Assembly: GCA_030018135.1 (NCBI GenBank)
Contig: JASEGJ010000001.1
Location: 74,991 to 138,990 of the forward strand
Length of the DNA stretch: 64,000 nt
DNA from: Candidatus Hodarchaeaceae archaeon
GTDB taxonomy: Archaea > Hadarchaeota > Hadarchaeia > Hadarchaeales > Hadarchaeaceae
Direction: 5' to 3'
The position numbers were made by a program, and so were the translations under genes. Of this stretch, positions 35,106 through 44,058 are shown piece by piece; within the stretch, counting starts at the first letter, position 1, and each line of letters starts with the position of its first letter. The notes under the pieces were generated by a model. The model was given only the letters and a program-made list of their open reading frames with translations. It was not told the origin of the DNA and did no database searches.

Positions 35106-35831
35106 CTACTGCCTCTCCCTTCGCAACCCATACCACCCGAACGACGTCCCAGATGCTGTGAGCACGCCCTCGGCGATGTCGAGCATCGCCGCACGTTGGT
35201 CCTTCGCTTGAACTACGCCGGAGGCTATTATCACGCCCTCGGCGCCGAGCTGGAGCGCCACGCTGACATCCTCGCCTACTGAAATGCCCGCGCCGCAGAG
35301 CACCCGCACATCTGGGTTGACCTTGTGTACCTCCTCAACCGTGTTGCGCACGACATCCGGCTTAACCTTGGAGACGGAGATGCCGCTGCCTATGAGCTCC
35401 GGTGGCTCCACGGCTATCATGTCCGGCCCTAGGGCGGCAACCGACTTGCTTATGCTGACGTTGTCCGCACAGACGATGCTCACCATGCCGAGTTCTTTCA
35501 CGCGCTTGATGATCTGCTCTATGTCAAACAACCTTAGGCGGTGCTCGGAGTGGTTGACAAGCGCGCCTATCGCGCCCGCCTCCTTCGCCGCCTCAGGCAA
35601 AATCCAACCCGTGTGGCCGCCCGGTGAAATCGGATCGACGTGCTGCGCTAGCACCGGGATATCGACAACGCTCGCGACGCGATGGATATCAGCATGCTGC
35701 GGCGCGATTGCAACGCTTATGCCCTTTTCACTCGCAACCTCGACGATGAGCCTCGCGAGCTCCACCGCCCTCTCGCCAGTTGCGCTAGCATATGTTTTGA
35801 AATTCACTATCACGAGCGGTGTCTCGAGCAT
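35106..35831 (-). CDS. tpiA: triosephosphate isomerase (archaeal short type)
   Basis: VIVNFKTY N-terminus and archaeal TIM active-site region NHSEHR. Confidence 0.9.
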   Translation of the reverse strand: MLETPLVIVNFKTYASATGERAVELARLIVEVASEKGISVAIAPQHADIHRVASVVDIPVLAQHVDPISPGGHTGWILPEAAKEAGAIGALVNHSEHRLRLFDIEQIIKRVKELGMVSIVCADNVSISKSVAALGPDMIAVEPPELIGSGISVSKVKPDVVRNTVEEVHKVNPDVRVLCGAGISVGEDVSVALQLGAEGVIIASGVVQAKDQRAAMLDIAEGVLTASGTSFGWYGLRRERQ

Positions 35832-35891
35832 GCTCCACCGAACGAACTTTGCCCTGCGGGCTTTAAAAACCTCCCCACCAAACCTCCGAAT

Positions 35892-36989
35892 ATGCGCCGC
35901 CTGCTAGCTAGCATGTTCATCACCTCATTCGCCATGGGCATCGTCGGGCTAGTCCTCGTACTCTACGCAAAGGACCATCTAAACGCGAGCTATACCGAGA
36001 TTGGGCTGCTCGGGCCAGCGTATGCTACACTCCATGTCCCGCTCTCCGTGCCAGCTGGGCGCCTAGCCGACCGCCACGGCAGGGGGCCGCTTCTCACCCT
36101 CGGCCTCCTGTCGACTGCGTGCACTTTTCTGCTATATTCCCGTGCGAACACCGTGGCTTGGTTGCTTGTGGTGCGCCTGCTGCATGGCGCGGCGGAGGCA
36201 CCGATCTGGGTGAATGCTCAAAGCGCGGTGGTCGAGTTTTCGACTCCCATCAACCGCGGGCGGGCGATGGGTGCATATGGTGTATCTTGGGCGACGGGCT
36301 TTACGTTGGGGCCGTTCATCGGCGGTCTGCTGTCCGGAGCCATGCGTCCGATGTGGTCGTTCCTCATCGGCGCCGCCCTAACCCTCCTCGCAGCCGCGGT
36401 GACAGCAGGCGCCCACTTCCATAAGCCGAAGGTAACCCCTGAGAAAATGGCGCTGCGCGGCCTGCTGCCAGCCTGCTTGATAGGCATGCTCTATTTTGGC
36501 ATAGTCGCCATCGTCTTCACCCTCTTTCCGGCCTACGCCAGACAACTCGACATCTCCGAGCCGCGGATAGGGCTGTTATTGGCGCTATTCGGAGGGATCC
36601 GCATCGTGTTTTTGGTGCCCATGGGCGGGCTCTCAGATAGGTTTGGGAGCCGCCCAATCATCCTGCTGGGGATGCTCGGGCTGGCTGCCTCGCTGGCCAG
36701 CATAGCCGCAACGACGGAATATCTGATGTTCGTCGTCGCGGTCCTATTCCTCGGGATATCGGAGGGTGCGACCTACCCAGCGGTGATGAGCATGGTGTCA
36801 AAGGTAGGGGGGAATGAAAATCGCGGCTACGTGCTCGGTGTATTCAATGCTGTCGCCACGGTTGGCTGGGGCCTGCTACCCGGCGTCGGCGGGCTCACCG
36901 CGGACGTTCTCGGTCCGACGGCACCCTACCTGATGTGTGCACTCATAGCGCTGTCCATGTTTGCCTTCGTGTGGAGGTCCTCGCTGTGA
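35892..36989 (+). CDS. MFS-family transporter
   Basis: 12 predicted TM helices, GRLADRHGRGP MFS motif A; start at MRRLLASMF chosen to avoid overlap with tpiA. Confidence 0.75.
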   Translation: MRRLLASMFITSFAMGIVGLVLVLYAKDHLNASYTEIGLLGPAYATLHVPLSVPAGRLADRHGRGPLLTLGLLSTACTFLLYSRANTVAWLLVVRLLHGAAEAPIWVNAQSAVVEFSTPINRGRAMGAYGVSWATGFTLGPFIGGLLSGAMRPMWSFLIGAALTLLAAAVTAGAHFHKPKVTPEKMALRGLLPACLIGMLYFGIVAIVFTLFPAYARQLDISEPRIGLLLALFGGIRIVFLVPMGGLSDRFGSRPIILLGMLGLAASLASIAATTEYLMFVVAVLFLGISEGATYPAVMSMVSKVGGNENRGYVLGVFNAVATVGWGLLPGVGGLTADVLGPTAPYLMCALIALSMFAFVWRSSL

Positions 36990-37094
36990 AAGCGTGGGTT
37001 GGCGATCACCGCTTAGATCCGATCCCAGTGTGCTTCGATTTGCCCTAGCTCAGAAAATGGATATGCGTGCCATCAAAAGCTCATGAGTCCAATG

Positions 37095-37213
37095 TGCCGG
37101 GGGCGGGACTCGAACCCGCGATCTCAGGATTTCTCACATCATGGTTGATCAGCACTCACAGCCAGTGGTTTGGGCTATGAGTCCTGCGCTTTAACCAGCT
37201 AAGCTACCCCGGC
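37095..37213 (-). tRNA. tRNA-Met(CAT) elongator-type with 46-nt intron at canonical 37/38
   Basis: acceptor GCCGGGG/CCCCGGC, D-arm GCTT-AGCTGGTTA-AAGC, anticodon stem CAGGA/TCCTG, exon loop CTCATA|…|A gives CUCAUAA; intron 3' TGAG pairs with C32-A35 and leaves an AAA bulge (BHB-like). Confidence 0.8.
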
Positions 37214-37453
37214 TGGTTGATTATTTATTTTTCGATTTTATTTTAACTTGTCGTAAAGGGTCCCACAAACGTTTGGCGCCGGGTCTATGAAATTCACGAG
37301 ACCTGTTCAAAGCCCCATTGGGGAACCCGCACCTAAGCTCTTAAAAAAAGTAATAGACGGGTGAGATGTACCGACCGAGAGGACGGAGAGATCGTCGAAA
37401 GTATTTAAAACCTTTTCTATTGCTGGGGGCTTCTCAAATTACTTCTGAAAAAT

Positions 37454-38146
37454 CTATCTAAGCTTTGACGACCGCATGAATCTTAAGAAATCTTTTTTTG
37501 ACCTCAGGACAACGCAGCCGCCCTCGTAGCCCACGAATACTATGTCGGCAGAATTGACAAACAGGCCATTCTCCACGGCACCCGGCACGTGGTCGAGGGC
37601 TTCCTCGAGTTCAGCTGGATGGGGGATCGAGTCGAATTTAACATCGACGATATAATTCCCGTTGTCGGTTACGAACGGCATGCGCTCCCTAGTCATGCGC
37701 AGCACTGGCTTGCCATTGAGTTCGGCCAGCCTCCGCATGGTGTACTTTTGCACGAACGGCAATATCTCGACGGGCACCGGCCTGCGCTCGCCCAATCGCC
37801 TCACGAGCTTGGTGCGATCGACGATTATCGCGATCCTCTTCGACGCACTCATCAGTATTTTCTCCCGCGTATGGGCTCCTCCGCGCCCCTTTATCATGTT
37901 AAAGTTCGGATCTATCTCGTCGGCGCCGTCGATCATCAGGTCGAGCTTGGGATACTCGTCCGACGTGCTCAAGCGCAATCCCCTGCCCGCCGCGAACTTT
38001 TGAATTGCGAACGAGCTCGGCACGAAGGTGGCGTTAATCTCGCGCTCGGCTAGGATGCGGACGACATGAGCAACCGTCGTGCCAGAACCCAAGCCGACGA
38101 CCATTCTTCCTCTAACAAGCTTCGCTGCAGCCTTCGCGGCCGCCAT
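37454..38146 (-). CDS. rpiA: ribose-5-phosphate isomerase A
   Basis: GLGSGTTV, DGADEID, KGRGGAHTREK motifs; longest ORF extends to 38242. Confidence 0.85.
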   Translation of the reverse strand: MAAAKAAAKLVRGRMVVGLGSGTTVAHVVRILAEREINATFVPSSFAIQKFAAGRGLRLSTSDEYPKLDLMIDGADEIDPNFNMIKGRGGAHTREKILMSASKRIAIIVDRTKLVRRLGERRPVPVEILPFVQKYTMRRLAELNGKPVLRMTRERMPFVTDNGNYIVDVKFDSIPHPAELEEALDHVPGAVENGLFVNSADIVFVGYEGGCVVLRSKKDFLRFMRSSKLR

Positions 38147-38235
38147 CTTCCATTCCTCGACCACCAAAGCAAGCCCAAGTGAAGCTTCTAACGCTGGGGG
38201 CTTAATAATTTCCTCTACGACATTATTAAATAGCG

Positions 38236-38796
38236 TTGACAATATTTGAAAATGGTGAGGCTGTGAAACGCGTCATACCAGTTAGGGCTGCGATGACCGA
38301 AAAAGTTCTCACGGCTGGCCCTAGGACAACAGTTGCCAAGGCCGCTAAGCTCATGAGCGAGCGCGGCGTCGGTAGCATCATTATCACTCAAGGCAAGAAG
38401 CCGGTGGGCATCCTAACGGAGCGAGACCTGCTCATGAAAGTCGTTTCCGTGGACCTACGACCCAGCAAGGTACTCGTCAGCAAGGTGATGTCGAGTCCGG
38501 TCTTAACTGTCGGTCCCGAGACGGAAGTTGCCGAGGCTGCCCGAGTCATGATCCGCAATAGGATCAGGCGCCTGCCCGTCGTTGACCGCGGGCGCCTCGT
38601 CGGAATCGTAACAGCGAGCGATATCACTGCGATCTCGCCGGAACTTATAGAGGTGTTACCGGAGCGCCCGGAACTGCCACCCCGTGAGGAGATAGATGAG
38701 AGCGTCTGCGAGGTCTGCGGCGAGGTGACCGCCTCACTTCACGAAGTAAATGGCATGTGGGTTTGTGAAAATTGTCGCGACTTTTTGGGCGGGTAG
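38236..38796 (+). CDS. CBS-domain pair protein with C-terminal zinc ribbon
   Basis: two CBS motifs then CEVCGEV…CENC. Confidence 0.7.
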   Translation: MTIFENGEAVKRVIPVRAAMTEKVLTAGPRTTVAKAAKLMSERGVGSIIITQGKKPVGILTERDLLMKVVSVDLRPSKVLVSKVMSSPVLTVGPETEVAEAARVMIRNRIRRLPVVDRGRLVGIVTASDITAISPELIEVLPERPELPPREEIDESVCEVCGEVTASLHEVNGMWVCENCRDFLGG

Positions 38797-38804
38797 ATGA
38801 TGTC

Positions 38805-39620
38805 ATGGCCTGCCGCGATATGCTCATGCGAACTCGCGTTAGCGAAGTGATGCAACCCTGCTCGTGCTTCGTCAGTTCGCGCGACTTGGTGACCAAGGCC
38901 CGCTCACTTATGCGCACCAGCGGCCTTCGAACGTTGCCCGTCGTCGACGATGGCAAGCTGACAGGCATCATAACCGCGCGGCAAATGCTTCGCGTTACCT
39001 CAACCCGCTCAAACATCCCGGTGGCGGGTTTGATGTTCCCCCCTAGGCTTGTGGCTACGCCAGACGACACCATCGGGAAGCTCGTCAAGGATATGATCGA
39101 ACTCGAGATTTCGGCCGTGCCCGTCGTCAAAAGCGTTAGCGACCGAACGATATCCGGCATCGTTGGGCTCGATGACATACTAAGACATATCTCCAAGTCT
39201 TCAAAGCCAAAACTAACGGTGGAGAGAATAATGAAAAGGAAGGTCGCCACATGCACCCCCACGGATGAAATCTCGCGGGTATGGGACATTATGGAGGAAG
39301 CCCACTTCTCCGGCCTGCCTGTCGTGCGTTACGACAAGCGCAAGCGTGCGCTAGAGGTCATAGGCATGATAACCCGCTCGGACATCATTCGCTCGGGAGC
39401 GACGAGGCTGGCCGAGGAGTCCGACAAGGGGCGCTTCCGGAGCCCGCCTCGCGTAAAGAGCCTCATGCGAACCCCCGCTATAACGGCATCCCCTAACATG
39501 TCCCTCTCCGATGCCGTTGAGCTGATGCTGAAGCGCAACATCGGTCGCTTGCCAGTTGTTGAGGACGGCAAGCTAGTTGGGATCGTCAGCCGCGGCGATG
39601 TGATAAAAGCCTGCCTGTAG
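38805..39620 (+). CDS. CBS-domain protein (four CBS repeats)
   Basis: repeated hxxxGhhT/S…RLPVV CBS signatures. Confidence 0.7.
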   Translation: MACRDMLMRTRVSEVMQPCSCFVSSRDLVTKARSLMRTSGLRTLPVVDDGKLTGIITARQMLRVTSTRSNIPVAGLMFPPRLVATPDDTIGKLVKDMIELEISAVPVVKSVSDRTISGIVGLDDILRHISKSSKPKLTVERIMKRKVATCTPTDEISRVWDIMEEAHFSGLPVVRYDKRKRALEVIGMITRSDIIRSGATRLAEESDKGRFRSPPRVKSLMRTPAITASPNMSLSDAVELMLKRNIGRLPVVEDGKLVGIVSRGDVIKACL

Positions 39621-39718
39621 GCGAGCGAATGCGAAGGTTACCCCACGTTGGCTATAAGTCGCGCGACCGGGGCCCGCTGGAGTTCAAATCTAGGCTGAGG
39701 AGGGAGGAGGGCAACATC

Positions 39719-40534
39719 ATGCCGATCGCGCGGCGGAATGTTTTAACCATTCCTCCAACCGTGCGGATAAAAGATGCGGCGGAGTTGATGGTCAAAAATA
39801 AGGTCCGAAGGCTCCCCATAACGGACCCCGGTACGAAACGACTGATCGGCATCGTTACAACGCGCGATATAATAGATTTCCTCGGCGGGGGCGAGCGATC
39901 TAAAATCATCCAAAATAAGTTCAAGGGCAATTTCCTCGCTGCGGTGAACGACCCCATTCGCACGATAATGTCGGAGAAAGTTGTTCATGGAACATTTGAC
40001 ATGTCGATCAAGGATGTTGCAAAGCTTTTGTTGAGAACGGGCGTTGGGGGCGCGCCCATCCTCGACGAACGGGCGCACGTCGTTGGCATGGTATCGGAGC
40101 GAGATTTTGTCCCATACGTACCGATTGCCGCAGGGATTCTAGTGGGCTATCACATGACTCGAAAAGTTGTGACCGCCGAGCCCGAGCTGCAGATCAAAGA
40201 AGCCGCTCGGCGGATGGTTTCCAGGGGCGTACGCCGCCTGCCGGTCGTCTGCGACCGGGAGCTCGTTGGGATCGTCACGAGCGTCGATATCCTCCGGTAC
40301 TTTGGTACGAGCGAGATGTTTGAGCACATGGCCCATGGAAGGGTGGACGAGGCAATGTCGGTTGGGGTCGATAGGATAATGACGAGCAAGGTACTCACGG
40401 TAACGCCGCAAACTGACATAGGCGAGGCGGCTGCGCTGATGGTCGAGCGCGGCTGCGGCGGCTTACCTGTTGTAGAAAGGGATGAACTCGTGGGCATAAT
40501 GACCGAGCGCAACGTGCTGGAGTTGTTAATTTGA
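39719..40534 (+). CDS. CBS-domain protein (four CBS repeats)
   Basis: CBS signatures; start at internal Met MPIARRNV. Confidence 0.7.
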   Translation: MPIARRNVLTIPPTVRIKDAAELMVKNKVRRLPITDPGTKRLIGIVTTRDIIDFLGGGERSKIIQNKFKGNFLAAVNDPIRTIMSEKVVHGTFDMSIKDVAKLLLRTGVGGAPILDERAHVVGMVSERDFVPYVPIAAGILVGYHMTRKVVTAEPELQIKEAARRMVSRGVRRLPVVCDRELVGIVTSVDILRYFGTSEMFEHMAHGRVDEAMSVGVDRIMTSKVLTVTPQTDIGEAAALMVERGCGGLPVVERDELVGIMTERNVLELLI

Positions 40535-41397
40535 AGGTTGTCGACGTTATGAGCTCGCCCGTGGTTGCGATAGGGTCTACGGGGCCAATAGCACATGCAA
40601 AGAACCTGATGTTGCGCCACGACATAAAACGTCTTGTTGTGGTCGAGCGAGGGGGCCCGGTCGGAATAGTTTCAATGAGCGATCTCGCGGAGCGCCTTGA
40701 CAGCGGAACCTCAGCTTGGCGACGACGCCCCATCGATCGCATTCCGATCGCGCGGGTGATGAGCAAAAACTTGATTACGGTGTCACCAGGCACCGATTTG
40801 AGCGAGGCCGCCAGGTTGCTGCTGAAGCACGGCATTAGTAGCTTGGTAATAACCGAGGGCAAAAAACTTATCGGTATCCTGACAAAGACGGATTTGGCGC
40901 GCTTCTTCGCTAAAAATTTGAGAGGTCGAGCGATGGTTCGAGAGCTGATGAGCACAAGTGTAATAACCGTGAACCGTCGACACTCGCTCGCTCACGTCGT
41001 CGAACTCATGGAAAGAAATAACGTGGGTCGTGTGGTGGTCGTGGATGGCGCTAAGCCGATAGGCACAGTGACTGCAAGCGATGTAGCATTCGCGCAGCTC
41101 GAAAGACCAGTCGAGGGCATAGCTCGACGCGAACTCAAATTCACGAGAAAACCTGCGCGAGCCGATAGGCCAAAATATAGATACGTGAAGTATGTCGCCC
41201 TGCTTACCGCTGAGGATATGATGAGGTCTGAGCTGCTCACCGTCGAAGCGGGCGAAGATGCCGCAATGGCGGCTGAGCGAATGCTCAAGTATGGGAAAAG
41301 CGGTCTGCCGGTCGTCGAGCGTGGCGAGTTGGTGGGCATCCTGACGAAGACCGACTTCACTAAAGGAATCGCGAGGCTTGGACGAAATGCGCGTTAG
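40531..41397 (+). CDS. CBS-domain protein (four CBS repeats)
   Basis: CBS signatures; 4-nt overlap with upstream paralog. Confidence 0.7.
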   Translation: MKVVDVMSSPVVAIGSTGPIAHAKNLMLRHDIKRLVVVERGGPVGIVSMSDLAERLDSGTSAWRRRPIDRIPIARVMSKNLITVSPGTDLSEAARLLLKHGISSLVITEGKKLIGILTKTDLARFFAKNLRGRAMVRELMSTSVITVNRRHSLAHVVELMERNNVGRVVVVDGAKPIGTVTASDVAFAQLERPVEGIARRELKFTRKPARADRPKYRYVKYVALLTAEDMMRSELLTVEAGEDAAMAAERMLKYGKSGLPVVERGELVGILTKTDFTKGIARLGRNAR

Positions 41398-42181
41398 TCA
41401 AATAATGACCCCAAATGTCATTACCATAGACAAGGATATATCGCTGGCCGAGGCGATAGGACAAATGCGACGCCACGAGATATCGCGCCTAGTGGTCACG
41501 GATGCTGGAAAGATCGATGGAATCGTCACGGAGCGGGATATTGCTCGAGAATTGGGCTCGACGCGCAGCTACCGTTTGCCCCCTGGTAGGATGCACGTTT
41601 CAAACGTCATGACTGCCAATCCGGTGACGGTCGCACCCGACATCACGGCAAAGCGCGCCGCCGAACTCATGCTCGATAACGACATCAGTGGGTTGCCGGT
41701 AGTTGAGGATGACAAACTGGCCGGCATCGTCACGAAAATGGATTTCGCAAAGGTATGCATGGGTTTTGATGATATTTTCGCGGGGCAGATTATGCAGTCC
41801 AGCCCGCGAACCGCCACGCCAAGCGACCGCGTGATACATGCACGCAGGTTGCTGTTTGAAGAGGACCTAATTAGCCTGCCCGTGGTCGAGGCGGGCGAAC
41901 TCGTGGGCATCGTAACGGTGCGGGATATTGCGATGTGCCTCGCCGCGTTTCAGGAGGTGGTGCCGGACAGGCACAAGAGCGAGCGCATCCGCAATTTGTT
42001 GGTCGAGGACATCATGACCCAGCCGGCGACAACCACGCATACCGACGCAAAGCTTTCCGACATCGCACGCGTCATGTTCGAGCGACGCTTTTCCAGCTTG
42101 CCGGTGCTCAACTTGGAGGACGAGCTCGTCGGTTTGGTCACGAGGACCGAGCTGACCGAGGTCGCGCGGGAGCGCCTTTGA
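41378..42181 (+). CDS. CBS-domain protein (four CBS repeats)
   Basis: CBS signatures; fifth tandem paralog. Confidence 0.7.
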   Translation: MDEMRVSQIMTPNVITIDKDISLAEAIGQMRRHEISRLVVTDAGKIDGIVTERDIARELGSTRSYRLPPGRMHVSNVMTANPVTVAPDITAKRAAELMLDNDISGLPVVEDDKLAGIVTKMDFAKVCMGFDDIFAGQIMQSSPRTATPSDRVIHARRLLFEEDLISLPVVEAGELVGIVTVRDIAMCLAAFQEVVPDRHKSERIRNLLVEDIMTQPATTTHTDAKLSDIARVMFERRFSSLPVLNLEDELVGLVTRTELTEVARERL

Positions 42182-42273
42182 TGTCTCGAGCGGGCTAGTT
42201 TTCGTACCGGTGACGAAGCTGAACGTTAAGATTAAGTCGACATGGTCGTTATGAGCCAAGCGCCGGAGGGGGC

Positions 42274-42849
42274 ATGCCGATGAAGATAAAGCTCACGCGC
42301 ACGTTGCTACTGAAGGCCTTCCTTGCACAAGTGGTACTTTTCATCACGCTGGCCTTAGCAATCGCTTGGTGGCGAGGGTGGCTCAAGGATCTAGGACTGA
42401 ACCTCCAAAATCCAACCTTCGGCGTAGCGGCGGGCTTGATCGTGGGCGCAGCCATGGGCGCCGCTTCGATCGCATGCGATGAAGTGGGGCTCAAAAACCC
42501 ACTTGCTGATGAGATCTCCCGCACCCTAACCTTGAGCGACATCCTGTTTGTAAATCTCGTGCTGATTGCGCCCAGCGAGGAAATCTTCTTCAGGGGGCTG
42601 CTCATCCCCAGGATAGGTTTAGCGCCGTCTGCAATCACGTTCGGCTTGGCGCATGTGGTTGGCTACCGCGCACTGAGCGAGGTCGTGGTGGCGACGGTTT
42701 TTGGGCTGGCGCTTGGCTGGCTCTTTCTATCATCTGGCAGTTTGCTTGGCCCGTGGCTGGCGCATGCTCTGGCGAATGTTGTAGCAATGGAGCATATCCA
42801 TCGGCGGGCCGGAAAAGGTCCCAAGCGATCGTCCGCGCGCGCTGGGTGA
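42274..42849 (+). CDS. CPBP-family intramembrane metalloprotease (CAAX protease / Abi family)
   Basis: EEIFFRGLL (EExxxR) and FGLAHV motifs, multiple TM helices. Confidence 0.75.
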   Translation: MPMKIKLTRTLLLKAFLAQVVLFITLALAIAWWRGWLKDLGLNLQNPTFGVAAGLIVGAAMGAASIACDEVGLKNPLADEISRTLTLSDILFVNLVLIAPSEEIFFRGLLIPRIGLAPSAITFGLAHVVGYRALSEVVVATVFGLALGWLFLSSGSLLGPWLAHALANVVAMEHIHRRAGKGPKRSSARAG

Positions 42850-42950
42850 GGCGAGCGGAATCAAAATTTTTGTGCTCGACTAAACGACCGAGCTGAATCT
42901 TCGCCCAGAATAGAATAAATAACCAAGTTCTAAATAAATTGAAGTTAAGT

Positions 42951-43047
42951 GCGGCCGTGGTCCAGCCTGGTTAGGGCGTTAAGCGCCGCCAAAGGACCCA
43001 GGCTCCCCAAGCCTGTGGCGCGGGTTCGAATCCCGCCGGCCGCACCA
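42951..43047 (+). tRNA. tRNA gene with about 20-nt insertion near the D-arm/anticodon-stem junction, encoded CCA; probable Gly(CCC)
   Basis: acceptor GCGGCCG/CGGCCGC + A + CCA; D-stem GTCC with two candidate 3' partners (GGGC before, GGAC after the insertion); anticodon arm CAGGC-TCCCCAA-GCCTG (C at position 33); T-arm GCGGG-TTCGAAT-CCCGC. Confidence 0.55.
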
Positions 43048-43094
43048 CTAACTTTAAATCCAAACCATCAATCAAATGTGGGTAGTGAATTCTG

Positions 43095-44023
43095 ATGAAG
43101 ATGAGCATGCTATTCATGGTAGTACTTCCGCTTGCCATCTTGCCGTGCGTCCTAGCTGGCGTCCAAACTACTGGGGCCTCGTCGGTTGCGCAAGCGGCGG
43201 AGCCAAGCACGGTTAAAGCTGGCGTGTGGGTCATCTCGTTGACCCCGCTGGCGGGACTTTCACGATCGATTTTTACCTCTGGTTCAAGTACGGTGAGATA
43301 GAGCCAAATATCGAGTTTCTAAACGGGTCTCCATCGAGGTTCGAAAAGATAACCGAAAGGGAAAATTACATAGAATACCGCGTCAAGGGCATATTCGTAA
43401 AACCCCTTGATTTTAGGAACTTTCCGTTCGATGAGCACACTTTAACCGTCGAGCTGGAGGACAAGGAGTTCGATGCTTCCGAACTCGTATTTGAACCTGA
43501 TCTGGACGAAAGCGGGATGGACCCAGAATTGGCGATCGTTGGCTGGAGCGCCGAGGATTTTCGGATAAAATAAGAAAGATCACGCGTACCCGGGCGAAAA
43601 TTTCTCCCGGCTTATATTTGGGGTAAGAATTTACCGATCGAAGCTCTCGGCCATGTTCAAGAACTTTCTCCCCATTATCGTCATCACGTTGATATCCCTC
43701 TTGACCTTCGCGATCTCCGTTAAAAACTTCGGGCAGAGGGTTGGTATATGTGTGACGACTTTGATGTCCGCGGTTGCCTATCACCTAGCGGCACTCGGTG
43801 CGCTGCCGCCCTTAGGATACCTCACATTGCTTGATAGGGTCATGCTCGTCGTTTACACCCTGTTCTTGTACAATTTGGCGGTCTCCGTTCAAGCGATGAG
43901 ACTCGTGGAGGGGGAAAGGTGGCGGCGGCTGAAAAGTTTGAAACGAGGATGCAGAACTTCATCCCAGCATTGGTCGCGGTGCTATGTTTGGTTTACATAG
44001 GGTTTATCGGCTTTTTCGCCTGA
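43095..44023 (+). pseudogene. pentameric ligand-gated ion channel (prokaryotic Cys-loop / GLIC-ELIC-like), split over four frames by at least three frameshifts
   Basis: signal peptide (43095-, frame 0); ECD with TFTIDFYLW and Cys-loop-equivalent FPFDEHTL (frame 2, 43226-43573); M1-M3 with PIIVITLISLL and YLTLLDRVMLVVYTLFLYNL (frame 0, 43569-44000); M4 EKFETRMQNFIPALVAVLCLVYIGFIGFFA* (frame 2, ends 44023). Confidence 0.55.
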
Positions 44024-44058
44024 AGTCGTGGGGCTGCATTCTCTTATTGGGTTGCGGC

